A stretch of 26,881 nt of DNA from an uncultured bacterium (GCA_964573245.1 CAZNJA010000015.1:1-26881), one strand, 5' to 3'. Positions 11,793 to 20,438 are shown, numbered from the stretch's first letter. The notes: generated by a model from the letters alone, not told the origin. Numbers and translations are program-made.

Positions 11793-12098
11793 ATGGAAAC
11801 ATTATATGCAATGGCAGGCGGGGCAGGCGAGGGTGGACTCGGAGGTTTGAGTGCATTCCTTCCTTTTATTCTTATTTTCGGCATATTTTATTTTTTGGTT
11901 ATTATGCCTCAACGTAAAAAGGACCAAGAGCATAAAAAAATGCTGGAGTCTTTAAAAAGAGGAGACAAAATAATCACTAACGGTGGCATCTATGGCAGGA
12001 TAACTGACATAAAAGAAAATAAATTCATCATTGAGATTGCAAAAGGAGTGGAAATAGACATTTTAAAAAGCGCTGTTGGGAATAAAGCTAAAGAATAA
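11793..12098 (+). CDS. yajC: Preprotein translocase subunit YajC
   Basis: FYFLVIMPQRK, LKRGDKIITNGGIYG; position in tgt-yajC-secD-secF. Confidence 0.95.
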   Translation: METLYAMAGGAGEGGLGGLSAFLPFILIFGIFYFLVIMPQRKKDQEHKKMLESLKRGDKIITNGGIYGRITDIKENKFIIEIAKGVEIDILKSAVGNKAKE

Positions 12099-12102
12099 AA
12101 AG

Positions 12103-12174
12103 CGGTTATCGAAAAAAAGAATACGGTTATCGGTTTTCGTAGTAACGATAACCTAAAACCGAACACCAAAAACC
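12103..12174. repeat. Intergenic hairpin of inverted 7-nt repeats (CGGTTAT family)
   Basis: CGGTTAT CGGTTTT CG ... CG ATAACCT AAAACCG AACACCA AAAACC. Confidence 0.75.
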
Positions 12175-12189
12175 TGATTTTATAAAAAT

Positions 12190-13647
12190 ATGAATAACAG
12201 AAGTTTGCTTTATCGATTAATATTGGTAGTAATTGTCTGTGGACTTGCTTTCTGGAGTATGTATCCGCCTCAAGAGAAAATAAACAGAGGACTCGACCTG
12301 CAGGGTGGAATACATATGGTCTTGGGCGCGAATCTTGATAAAGTTCCCACTATGAATATGACTGAGGAAGGTTTGCAGGCAAAGACATTGGAAGAACTGC
12401 GAACATTGTCCGGACAGTTGGGAACGGATTACAGAGATAAAAACAAAGACCGTCTTGTTCAAGAAATCCTTCAAGTTCAGAAAAACAGAAGAAAACAAGC
12501 AGTTGATAGGGCTCTGGAAATCATAAAAAACAGAATAGACGAGTTCGGCGTTGTAGAACCGCAAATACAAAAACAAGGCGCAGACCAAATTGCGGTGCAA
12601 CTTCCCGGGGTGGTTGATACCGAAGAAGCGTTAGAAGTAGTTAGCAAGGTTGCACATTTGGAGTTTAAATTAGTTGAAGCGGACAAAAATTACAATTCCG
12701 ATTTAATAGAAAAGGCAAAAAAAGGAGAAATTCCACCGAATTTGGAACTTAAATATTTGATGGATGAGGATACAGGAAAGCCGGCCGAAGCGTTATTGCT
12801 GCATAAAGAAGTGTCTCTTACAGGCGAGTATCTTACCAATGCATATGTCGGTTTTGGCTGTTTGGGTATGCCTGAAGTTGATTTGCAGTTTGTTAGTAGA
12901 GGAGCGCGGATTTTTTCAAGGTTGACAGGCGAGAATGTGAATAAGAGATTGGCAATTCTTCTTGACGGTAAAGTTCGTTCTGCTCCGAATATAAACGAAA
13001 AAATTTCGGAAGGGAGAGCGAGAATTAGCGGTAGTTTTGATATGGACGAAGCAAGCAGATTGGCTTCGATACTTAGGGCAGGCGCTTTGCCTGTTCCAAT
13101 AGAGGTGTTATCGATTATGAGAGTGGGACCGACGCTTGGCGAAGATTCAATAAGACAAGGATTCAGGGCTGCTGTTTTTGGGATTATATTGGTGGTTTTA
13201 TTTATGACTGTCTATTACGCATTTTCGGGTGCGATTGCGAATTTCGCGCTTTTTTTATGTATGCTTTTGGTTTTGGGGGCATTGGCGGGACTTCGCGCTA
13301 CTTTGACTTTGCCGGGAATTGCCGGATTGGTTTTGACTATAGGAATGAGCGTGGATGCTAATGTCTTAGTATTCGAAAGAATAAGAGAAGAACTTGCCAA
13401 GAACAAGACAATTCGAGCCTCGGTAGATGCGGGTTATAATAAAGCGCTTATTACTATTGTCGACGCGAATGTTACAACGCTTATTTCTGCTTTGGTCCTG
13501 TTCTATTTCGGCACAGGTCCGATAAAAGGTTTTGCGGTTGTTTTATCTATCGGAATAATTGCGAGCATGTTTACCGCTTTGGTTGTTACAAAACTAATTT
13601 TTGATTATTTGATATACGTGAGAAAAATAAATAGATTGAGTATATGA
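12190..13647 (+). CDS. secD: Protein translocase subunit SecD
   Basis: GLDLQGG, RIDEFGVVEP, LRAGALP, VGPTLG, TLTLPGIAG, GMSVDANVLVFERIREE, DANVTT. Confidence 0.97.
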   Translation: MNNRSLLYRLILVVIVCGLAFWSMYPPQEKINRGLDLQGGIHMVLGANLDKVPTMNMTEEGLQAKTLEELRTLSGQLGTDYRDKNKDRLVQEILQVQKNRRKQAVDRALEIIKNRIDEFGVVEPQIQKQGADQIAVQLPGVVDTEEALEVVSKVAHLEFKLVEADKNYNSDLIEKAKKGEIPPNLELKYLMDEDTGKPAEALLLHKEVSLTGEYLTNAYVGFGCLGMPEVDLQFVSRGARIFSRLTGENVNKRLAILLDGKVRSAPNINEKISEGRARISGSFDMDEASRLASILRAGALPVPIEVLSIMRVGPTLGEDSIRQGFRAAVFGIILVVLFMTVYYAFSGAIANFALFLCMLLVLGALAGLRATLTLPGIAGLVLTIGMSVDANVLVFERIREELAKNKTIRASVDAGYNKALITIVDANVTTLISALVLFYFGTGPIKGFAVVLSIGIIASMFTALVVTKLIFDYLIYVRKINRLSI

Positions 13648-13660
13648 AACGATATAATAA

Positions 13661-13742
13661 CGGTTATCGGTTATCGGTGTTCGGTTTTCGCAAAGAGTCT
13701 TTAACGCAAACCGCAAACCGTCTTCTTTTTTTCCGAAAACCG
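13661..13742. repeat. Intergenic hairpin of inverted 7-nt repeats (CGGTTAT family)
   Basis: CGGTTAT CGGTTAT CGGTGTT CGGTTTT CG ... CG CAAACCG CAAACCG .. AAAACCG. Confidence 0.8.
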
Positions 13743-13771
13743 TCTGTTGTCTTTAGTCTGGAGTTACAATT

Positions 13772-14659
13772 ATGAAATTCTTAAGAGACACGAACATAGA
13801 TTTTATGAAATATAGGAAGTTCGCTTTTATTGCGTCTTCTATTTTTGTTCTTATTGGTCTTATCAGTTTCTTTTTAAGAGGCGAAGCAAACTTCGGTATT
13901 GATTTCACCGGCGGGACGCTGGTCAGATATAGATTCGCAGAAGCGATAAATACGGGCGATGTGAGAAATTCTTTATCTGAAGCAGGACTTGAAAAAAGCA
14001 CTATCCAGTCTTATGACAACGGGGAAGGGATCCTTATAAAAACAGCCGGCGAAGCAAGAAAGGAGATTCAAAAAATTATCAACGATAAGTTTTCATCTTT
14101 TTCCCCGGTTGTGGAAGAAGAAATCTCGATAGGTCCTGTGGTCGGCAATCTTTTAAAAAGGCAGGCGCTTATCGCTGTGTTTTTTGCTCTAATCGGTATC
14201 CTTATATATACAGCGTGGAGATTTAAATTCGTATTCGGAGTTTCTGCGGTGATTTGTCTTTTTCATGATGTGTTGTTTACTGTCGGAGTATTTTCGTTGA
14301 CACGAAGAGAAATTTCCCTTTCAGTTATTGCCGCTTTCTTAACTATCGTGGGATATTCCTTGAACGATACTATAGTTGTGTTTGACAGGATAAGGGAAAA
14401 CATGAAACTTCATCATAGACATCCTAACATTCCCGAAATAATCAATGCCTCCATTAACCAAACCCTTTCCAGAACAATCATCACTTCTGGCACTACGCTT
14501 ATTCCTGTTCTCGCGTTGTTATTTTTAGGCGGCCAGGTGATAAAAGATTTCGCTTTTGCTTTGATGGTAGGAATAGTGGTGGGAACATATTCGACCATCT
14601 ATATCGCTTCCCCGCTTGTTATAGAGTTGAGCAAATTCTTAAAAACCAAAATCCGCTAA
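13772..14659 (+). CDS. secF: Protein translocase subunit SecF
   Basis: GIDFTGG, IGPVVG, HD, GYSLNDTIVVFDRIREN, QTLSRTIITS, GTYST. Confidence 0.97.
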   Translation: MKFLRDTNIDFMKYRKFAFIASSIFVLIGLISFFLRGEANFGIDFTGGTLVRYRFAEAINTGDVRNSLSEAGLEKSTIQSYDNGEGILIKTAGEARKEIQKIINDKFSSFSPVVEEEISIGPVVGNLLKRQALIAVFFALIGILIYTAWRFKFVFGVSAVICLFHDVLFTVGVFSLTRREISLSVIAAFLTIVGYSLNDTIVVFDRIRENMKLHHRHPNIPEIINASINQTLSRTIITSGTTLIPVLALLFLGGQVIKDFAFALMVGIVVGTYSTIYIASPLVIELSKFLKTKIR

Positions 14660-15256
14660 TTTTTTCATTTCATCCATAACTCTGTCAGAAAACTCTTTGT
14701 ATAGGTCTTTTTTATCTTTGTTTCCCGAGTCCTTGAAATACAGCGGTTTGCCGAATGCAAGCGAAATCTTATGAGTGGTAATCCATTTTTTGTCTCTAGG
14801 GAGCGCCTGTCCGCTGCCTTTTATCAAAACCGGTATTACGGGGACATTTGCCTTGGCGGCTATGAGTCCAACTCCTCTTTCTCCTTCTGATATAGTGCCC
14901 GCGGGACTTCTTGTTCCTTCCGGAAAAAGCAATAATACTTTACCTTTCTTTAAAATTTCCAGAGATTTTTTAAAAGCGCCGATTTGCAACTGTTCTCTTG
15001 AAATCGGTATCGTATTTAATCTTTTTATAATCCAGGAGAAAAAACCAAGTTGAAACAACTCTTCTCTTGCCAAAAAATAAATCTGTCTGGGTGATGCTGT
15101 ACCCGCTATTGCAGGGTCAAGATAACTCTCGTGATGCGCCGCCAAAATCACACCGCCTTTTTGTGGAATGTTCTCTTTGCCTTTTACTTCCCATCTGAAA
15201 AGTATCTTAAAAATGGGCCTAAGCACAATATGCGCAACAGCGTAAAGTATGTTCAT
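14639..15256 (-). CDS. plsC: 1-acyl-sn-glycerol-3-phosphate acyltransferase
   Basis: HESYLD (HX4D), FPEGTRS, VPVIPV; 3' end overlaps secF. Confidence 0.9.
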   Translation of the reverse strand: MNILYAVAHIVLRPIFKILFRWEVKGKENIPQKGGVILAAHHESYLDPAIAGTASPRQIYFLAREELFQLGFFSWIIKRLNTIPISREQLQIGAFKKSLEILKKGKVLLLFPEGTRSPAGTISEGERGVGLIAAKANVPVIPVLIKGSGQALPRDKKWITTHKISLAFGKPLYFKDSGNKDKKDLYKEFSDRVMDEMKKLADFGF

Positions 15257-15267
15257 AACACTACCTT

Positions 15268-15393
15268 TGGATACTAGATACTTGATTCTGGATTCTCGTT
15301 AATAAATTCTCTTTCAGTTGTTTCTACGAGTATCCAGTATTTTTTATTTGTTTTATTAGTTACTAGTATCCGGTATCTAGAATCTAGCATCCA
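15268..15393. repeat. Intergenic hairpin of inverted 7-nt repeats (GATACT/AGTATC family), inverted homologue of 5353-5442
   Basis: GGATACT AGATACT TGATTCT GGATTCT ... AGTATCC .. AGTATCC GGTATCT AGAATCT AGCATCC. Confidence 0.85.
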
Positions 15394-15403
15394 TTTGTTT
15401 TAG

Positions 15404-16801
15404 CTATTTTCCTATACAAAACCTTGCAAAAATCCTGTCCAGTATATCATCCTCAACCGTTTCGCCTAAAATCTTTTTAAACGAATTCAGAGATTCTTTC
15501 AAGTCAACGGCAATAAACTCTTCGCTTAAATCTTTGCTTGAGGTCTCCAAACTCTTTGCAAGCCCTTCATAAGCGCTTTTTAGAGCTTCTCTGCTTCTGG
15601 CGTTTACCATAATGGTACTTTCACCCATTTTTACACCACCCTCAAGCACTATTTTCTTGATAAACTTCTTAATCGAATCAATGCCTTTCCCTTTCAGCGC
15701 CGATATCTTCAAAACCTTTTTATTCCCGATTAAACTTTGAAGCTTACTTTTTGATATTTTCTCAGGCAGGTCAACCTTATTGATAAGGCAAATCATCTTT
15801 TTATGTTTTATTATTTTAACAATATCCCTGTCTTGGCTTGATAAAGCTTTTGTCCCGTCAACCATAAATAACACAAGGTCTGCATTTGCCAAATATTCTT
15901 CAACTTTTTTCAGCGCGGCTTTATCAATTATATCCTCTATTTTCTTAAACCCTGCAGTATCAACTATTTTTACGGGTATCCCGCCGATATTAATCCATTC
16001 CTCAATAATATCCCGCGTTGTTCCGGGAATGTGCGTGACTATTGCCCTTTCCTTCCCTACCAAACGGTTAAGTAAAGTGGACTTGCCGACATTGGTTTTC
16101 CCTATTAAAAGCACCAACACGCCGTCCCGCAAAACTTCACCTTCCCTGCTTTGCTTCATTAATTTTTCGGTTTCGGATTTAAGTTTCTTTATCCTTTTTG
16201 TGAATTCGTTCTTCTTTATGGTATCAATATCCTCTTCGGGAAAATCCAGCCCCGCTTCAATAAAAGTTAATATCTCCAGAGTTTCATCTTTTAATTCTTT
16301 TATCTTTTCGGAAAACGCACCTTTAAGTTGCGACATTGCCGACTTAAGAGCAAGTTCCGTTTTCGCTTCCACGATATTTATTACAGCTTCGGCTTGAGCC
16401 AAATCGAGCCTTCCGTTTAGGAACGCTCTTTTTGTGAATTCACCAGGTTCTGCAAGTCGTGCACCGCATCCAAGCACCGCATCAAGTATTCTCCTAAGCG
16501 GTAATATTCCCCCGTGACAGTTTATCTCCGCAATATCCTCTCTTGTATAACTCTTCGGCTTCCTCATAATAGAAAGAATTACCTCATCTAAGATTTCTTT
16601 ATTTCGGATAATATGTCCATAATGAATAGTATATGAAGGAAGTTTTGAAGGAGGAACGCCGTTTTTACCTTTGAATAACTTATCCGCAATCGCGAGCGCC
16701 TTATCTCCTGATAAGCGGACTATTCCTATTCCGCCTTCGCCAAGAGGAGTTGATATTGCGGCAATCGTATCGCTTTTGGCTAATGTGAATTTAGTTTTCA
16801 T
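15404..16801 (-). CDS. mnmE: tRNA modification GTPase MnmE (TrmE)
   Basis: DTIAAISTP, PKSYTRED, GEFTKRAFLNG, GKTNVGKS, GTTRD, DTAG, NKVD, C-terminal FCIGK. Confidence 0.98.
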   Translation of the reverse strand: MKTKFTLAKSDTIAAISTPLGEGGIGIVRLSGDKALAIADKLFKGKNGVPPSKLPSYTIHYGHIIRNKEILDEVILSIMRKPKSYTREDIAEINCHGGILPLRRILDAVLGCGARLAEPGEFTKRAFLNGRLDLAQAEAVINIVEAKTELALKSAMSQLKGAFSEKIKELKDETLEILTFIEAGLDFPEEDIDTIKKNEFTKRIKKLKSETEKLMKQSREGEVLRDGVLVLLIGKTNVGKSTLLNRLVGKERAIVTHIPGTTRDIIEEWINIGGIPVKIVDTAGFKKIEDIIDKAALKKVEEYLANADLVLFMVDGTKALSSQDRDIVKIIKHKKMICLINKVDLPEKISKSKLQSLIGNKKVLKISALKGKGIDSIKKFIKKIVLEGGVKMGESTIMVNARSREALKSAYEGLAKSLETSSKDLSEEFIAVDLKESLNSFKKILGETVEDDILDRIFARFCIGK

Positions 16802-16830
16802 ATACTTTAACTAAAAAGATTGTGTTGCTC

Positions 16831-16860
16831 GGATTCTAGATACTTGATACTAGATTCTAG
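16831..16860. repeat. Downstream 7-nt repeat arm of the four-helix-bundle element
   Basis: GGATTCT AGATACT TGATACT AGATTCT AG; contains the gene's TAG stop (16850-16852). Confidence 0.85.
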
Positions 16861-17233
16861 TTTTATGTAACAAATCTACAGATTTAATAAAATTGTTTAT
16901 CATTTTACCAAGATATTTATACTCCATGCAGAGATGTTTATATTTTTCTTTATTAATTAATGATCTAGTTTCGTATAAAGTGTCTAAATGGTCTATAGTT
17001 TCATCGCAGGAAGCTAAAGCGTAGATGAGGAATTTTATAAATTCTTGTTTATATCTGCGTCTTCCAAAACCTTCAACTATATTGCCTCTAATAGATTTGC
17101 TTGACCTTCTTATTTGACTGCCTTCTTCATACATCTCAAATTTCGGAAATTTTAGACTAATCTCGTGAATTTCTTTGGCTAATGTCCGTGCTTTCTTATA
17201 AATATCCAAATCCCTATAACTCTTATACGCCAT
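16850..17233 (-). CDS. Four helix bundle protein (23S rRNA IVS protein family, Avd-like fold)
   Basis: [58 protein letters not shown]. Confidence 0.92.
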   Translation of the reverse strand: MAYKSYRDLDIYKKARTLAKEIHEISLKFPKFEMYEEGSQIRRSSKSIRGNIVEGFGRRRYKQEFIKFLIYALASCDETIDHLDTLYETRSLINKEKYKHLCMEYKYLGKMINNFIKSVDLLHKTRI

Positions 17234-17249
17234 TTTTTTATCTTTTATT

Positions 17250-17418
17250 AGTATCTACGAGTATCTGGTATCCAGAATCTAGTATCAGTTCTTCTTTTAC
17301 TAGTATCCAGCATCAGTTTTTAGTCTTTCTATCTTCTACGAGTATCTAGAATCAAGAATCTAGTATCGTTTTCGTTTTTTATCTTCTACTAGTATCTGGA
17401 ATCTGGTATCTAGCATCA
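17250..17418. repeat. Upstream 7-nt repeat arms of the four-helix-bundle element (four blocks)
   Basis: Blocks of AGTATCT/GGTATCC/AGAATCT/AGCATCA separated by pyrimidine-rich spacers; complementary to 16831-16860; overlaps the cmk stop. Confidence 0.85.
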
Positions 17419-18117
17419 AGCTTTCTCATTTATTATAGATATTACTTTCTCTATCACTTCCTCTATTGTCATCCCCGTGGTATTGACAGGGATGGCGTCC
17501 TCCGCTTTCTTCAGCGGCGCGATTTCTCTTGTGAAATCCTTATTATCTCTTTCTTTTATATCCTGCTTAATTTTTTCAAGTTCGCTTTCCATCCCTTTAT
17601 TCTTCTCCTCAATCCATCTTCTTTTTGCCCGTTCTTCAATTGATGCATCAAGATAAAACTTATAAGGCGCATTGGGAAATACAACCGTTCCTATATCCCT
17701 GCCCTCTACAACGATTCCGCCATCTGAACCGACCTGCCTCTGCATCTTTTTCATCTTATTGCGTACCTCTTTGTTCTTACACACCCACCATATATTATTA
17801 GTCACTTCTTCAGTCCGTATCTTATCGGTTACTTCTTCTCCGTCCACCCAAAGCCTCATCCCCTTCTTATCATCCCCGCCCGCCAAATCTTGTTGGGAGG
17901 GTTTTTTCACTATTAAAATTGTTTCCTTTACCATTTCAATCAGTCTCTTTTTGTCTTTTTCCGTTATACCTTCCGTTAGCGCCTTCAAAGTCATTGCCCG
18001 ATACATTGCGCCGGTGTCCAAATACAAAAACCCCAAGCGTTTGGCAACCTCTTTTGCAACGGTTGTCTTTCCAGCTCCCGCAGGCCCGTCAATCGTGATA
18101 ATAGTGTTCTTTTTCAT
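17416..18117 (-). CDS. cmk: Cytidylate kinase
   Basis: ITIDGPAGAGKTT, YLDTGAMYRA, VVEGRDIGTVVFP, RDNKD..R..APL; SD AAGGAG. Confidence 0.97.
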   Translation of the reverse strand: MKKNTIITIDGPAGAGKTTVAKEVAKRLGFLYLDTGAMYRAMTLKALTEGITEKDKKRLIEMVKETILIVKKPSQQDLAGGDDKKGMRLWVDGEEVTDKIRTEEVTNNIWWVCKNKEVRNKMKKMQRQVGSDGGIVVEGRDIGTVVFPNAPYKFYLDASIEERAKRRWIEEKNKGMESELEKIKQDIKERDNKDFTREIAPLKKAEDAIPVNTTGMTIEEVIEKVISIINEKA

Positions 18118-18225
18118 TATGCTCCTTGGTTTGACTTATTGTTGTTTAAGAGCTTATATTATACAGGAAAAGGGGGGAGGTAGGGAGTAGGTTGTACTTT
18201 TTTAAACTAGTTAATTGTTAGAAGT

Positions 18226-18246
18226 AAATAAAAACGGTCAGGTCTT
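18226..18246 (+). repeat. Junction motif, copy 1: AAATAAAAACGGTCAGGTCTT
   Basis: 20/21 identical to 21166-21186; related to 18511, 19830, 20416, 22653, 25900. Confidence 0.75.
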
Positions 18247-18247
18247 C

Positions 18248-18331
18248 CCCCGCAGATTTGTTAAAGCAAATCTAGACGCGGGGACAAGCGCATAGTTTTA
18301 CTCACCATGTTCGTAAAACTGGCAATGGGGG
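18248..18331. repeat. Two tandem bulged hairpins of the CCCCRYAG..CT-N4-RYGGGG family
   Basis: CCCCGCAG ATTTG..CAAAT CT AGAC GCGGGG (18248-18283) and CATAG TTTTAC..GTAAAA CT GGCA ATGGGG (18291-18330). Confidence 0.7.
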
Positions 18332-18363
18332 TAATTAAAACGTGGTTTTAATTAGGAGGGGAT

Positions 18364-18516
18364 ATGAAAAAGAACAAAATTATCGGCGTACTGCTACTGG
18401 TTTTAGCGGTTGCTACGATTACGGGCATGATTATTAACAAGGATGCCTTTTGGACTATTTATAATTGGGCAGTAATAATATTTTCTGTGGTAAGCGGAAT
18501 TGTTTTGTTAAAATAA
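18364..18516 (+). CDS. 50-aa two-helix membrane peptide, copy 1 (not in ORF track)
   Basis: GGAGG SD; MKKNKIIGVLLLVLAVATITGMIINKDAFWTIYNWAVIIFSVVSGIVLLK; intact paralogue at 20570-20722. Confidence 0.8.
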   Translation: MKKNKIIGVLLLVLAVATITGMIINKDAFWTIYNWAVIIFSVVSGIVLLK

Positions 18517-18557
18517 AAAGTGTTAGGGCTTGAAATGAAATTTGGTTTTCGTATGAT
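18511..18557 (+). promoter_or_regulatory. Junction motif copy (AAATAAAAAGTGTTAGGGCTT) continuing into a putative sigma70 promoter
   Basis: 18/21 match to 21166-21186; TTGAAA(18530)-16 nt-TATGAT(18552). Confidence 0.5.
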
Positions 18558-18574
18558 TGGGAGAAAGGTAGAGA

Positions 18575-19819
18575 ATGAAAAAAAAGATTTTTATTTTAGT
18601 TTTAGTTGTATTTGGGATTGCTTTGCTCTTTATTGCTAATAAATTCCTCAATAAGAATATTGGTAATTATAATTTACCAACTCCGACAGAAAAATTCAAA
18701 ACAGGTGAAGAAATAAGTTTTAAGTTGAGTGAAAAGGAAAATCTCGAGTTTGTTTGGGTAGAAGCTTTACAAATGTGGGTTGGCAAATATGAGACAACTT
18801 TAGGACAATATGAGGTTTTTAATCAGGGTGTTGCTCACTCTGGTTGGAAAACATATATAGACGAAAAATATATCAATAAATCTTTGAGTGCTGAGGAACA
18901 AAAACAAATGAGGCAACATCCTGTTTTGATGATAGGTTGGAATGAAGCTAAAACGTATTGTAAGGAACTTAATAAAAGATTTATAAATTATTTGCCCAAA
19001 GGTTATATTTTCCGTCTCCCAGTAGAGAAGGAATGGGAAACTTTTGCTCGGTGTGGTGATAATCGCTTATATCCTTGGGGTAATGAATGGCCACCTAAAC
19101 CAATGGCTGATGGTGTATCGCCCAATCTTGATGGCAATAGAATATATTGCGCAAAACCATGGGAATGCAATAGTTTTGTTACTTGGTATGAAGATGGTTG
19201 GAAAACTTCATGTCCGGTGCAAAAAAGCGGAATGAATGAGTGGGGTATTTATGGAGTTGCAGGAAATGCGGAAGAATGGTGTGAGGATTGGTATAAAGGA
19301 AAAGTATACAGAGAAAATAGACTGCGTTTATTAAAAGGAAGTACTTGGAGAACAGATAATAGACCGTATTTTTGTAAAATTTCCTATAGAGGTGCTGTGG
19401 AAACGAGTTCTTGGTATGTCCCCGTGCTATCTTGGTTTAATAACAAAGTTAAGAAAAACCGTGGTCATTCAGTAACAGGAATTCGGGTGGTTATAGGGAA
19501 AAAATATATAGTAGGAGAAAAGGTAGCGAATGTAAAAGAAACAAAAATAACACTTGAGGGTAAAGCTTTAATCAACCTTATCAGAACATGTGAAAGGTTA
19601 TATTTTGCCGAAAATAAGGGTTACTATACAGATAAATGGGAAGATATAAGCGGAGCTGTAGATATGTCAGGGAACAAATATTTCATAACACATCCTAAAC
19701 TCACCGTGTCTGGAGAAGGGAAATCTGCCACATTCACTGCTACTGTCACAGGTTCAGGGAAGGCGGAAGGAATTAGTGTAAGTATAGATCAGAACGGGAA
19801 TATAACTGTGACGAAATAA
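18575..19819 (+). CDS. Membrane-anchored FGE-sulfatase/SUMF1 (C-type lectin fold) domain protein with a C-terminal pilin-like domain
   Basis: N-terminal TM; GKYETT..QY, HPV..IGWNEAK.YC, FRLP.EKEWE, YPWG, NEWGIYGVAGNAEEWCEDW, GIRVV. Confidence 0.8.
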   Translation: MKKKIFILVLVVFGIALLFIANKFLNKNIGNYNLPTPTEKFKTGEEISFKLSEKENLEFVWVEALQMWVGKYETTLGQYEVFNQGVAHSGWKTYIDEKYINKSLSAEEQKQMRQHPVLMIGWNEAKTYCKELNKRFINYLPKGYIFRLPVEKEWETFARCGDNRLYPWGNEWPPKPMADGVSPNLDGNRIYCAKPWECNSFVTWYEDGWKTSCPVQKSGMNEWGIYGVAGNAEEWCEDWYKGKVYRENRLRLLKGSTWRTDNRPYFCKISYRGAVETSSWYVPVLSWFNNKVKKNRGHSVTGIRVVIGKKYIVGEKVANVKETKITLEGKALINLIRTCERLYFAENKGYYTDKWEDISGAVDMSGNKYFITHPKLTVSGEGKSATFTATVTGSGKAEGISVSIDQNGNITVTK

Positions 19820-19841
19820 CTAAGGAGACTAAAAACGGTCA

Positions 19842-19957
19842 CCCTCCACAGTTTTGCTTGTGCCCTTAGAAATCGCGGATGTGATTTCAAGGACTTTAGT
19901 CCCGGGAATTCTTCAAGTTCCACGGGGCAAAATTGGATAAGGGGACTTTGGGTTTTG
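19842..19957. repeat. Large multibranch member of the bulged-hairpin family, followed by GGGGACTTTGGGTTTTG
   Basis: CCACAG TTTTGC ... GCAAAA TT GGAT AAGGGG; 17-nt tail identical to 21734-21750. Confidence 0.65.
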
Positions 19958-20004
19958 AAATGATACAAATTTGGTTTTCGTATAATTGATAGGAGATAAA
20001 TTAA

Positions 20005-20421
20005 ATGAGAAAAGTTCTATTCATAACACTTTTAGTTATTTTTCTATGTGGTTGTGGCGAAAGCCCTGTAAACAATACTTCAAATTCAATTTTTGTGATT
20101 GCCCCATATAATTATGTTGGTGCATGGGTTTTTGATGATGCAAGTCGGGGCTTAACACGAGAACCATTTGTTGCAGGGATTCCCGGGATAATAGATAAGT
20201 TAGTAGAAGATATACCAGAGGCAGAGAAGGGTTTTCGTCTTTACTTTTCAGCGCAGCCGTTTCCTGACCATACTCACACACTTGTATGGATACGAGGGGA
20301 TTCTACTGGTAATTGGTATGAATGCCCTCAATACGAAATGGAAGGGTGGCTATGCCCTGCTATGTTTAAGTATTTTAATGAAGCACCCAAGGTTATATAC
20401 TTTAAAGCTGAAAAGAAATAA
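20005..20421 (+). CDS. DUF6717-like protein with a predicted lipoprotein signal
   Basis: NSIFVIAPY...WVFDD...GL.REPFVAG, FSAQPFP, GNWY, EGWLCPAMFKYF; N-terminal FLCGC lipobox-like sequence. Confidence 0.7.
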   Translation: MRKVLFITLLVIFLCGCGESPVNNTSNSIFVIAPYNYVGAWVFDDASRGLTREPFVAGIPGIIDKLVEDIPEAEKGFRLYFSAQPFPDHTHTLVWIRGDSTGNWYECPQYEMEGWLCPAMFKYFNEAPKVIYFKAEKK

Positions 20422-20438
20422 AAACAGTCCCAAATCTT
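20416..20438 (+). repeat. Junction motif variant AAATAAAAACAGTCCCAAATCTT
   Basis: 23/23 identical to 22653-22675; contains the TAA stop of the upstream gene. Confidence 0.8.

Noticed and set aside
17250-17418. CRISPR array (repeat blocks with spacers)
   Set aside because: Blocks are variable-length heptamer tandems with short low-complexity spacers; no constant repeat and no cas genes
15780-18190. Long antisense ORFs (15780-16397, 17672-18190) and the other short overlapping ORFs in the track
   Set aside because: They are shadows of well-conserved genes (mnmE, cmk and others), with no motifs or RBS
19842-19944. tRNA or tRNA remnant (cloverleaf-like)
   Set aside because: No proper D-loop, T-loop GTTCRA or 7-nt anticodon loop geometry
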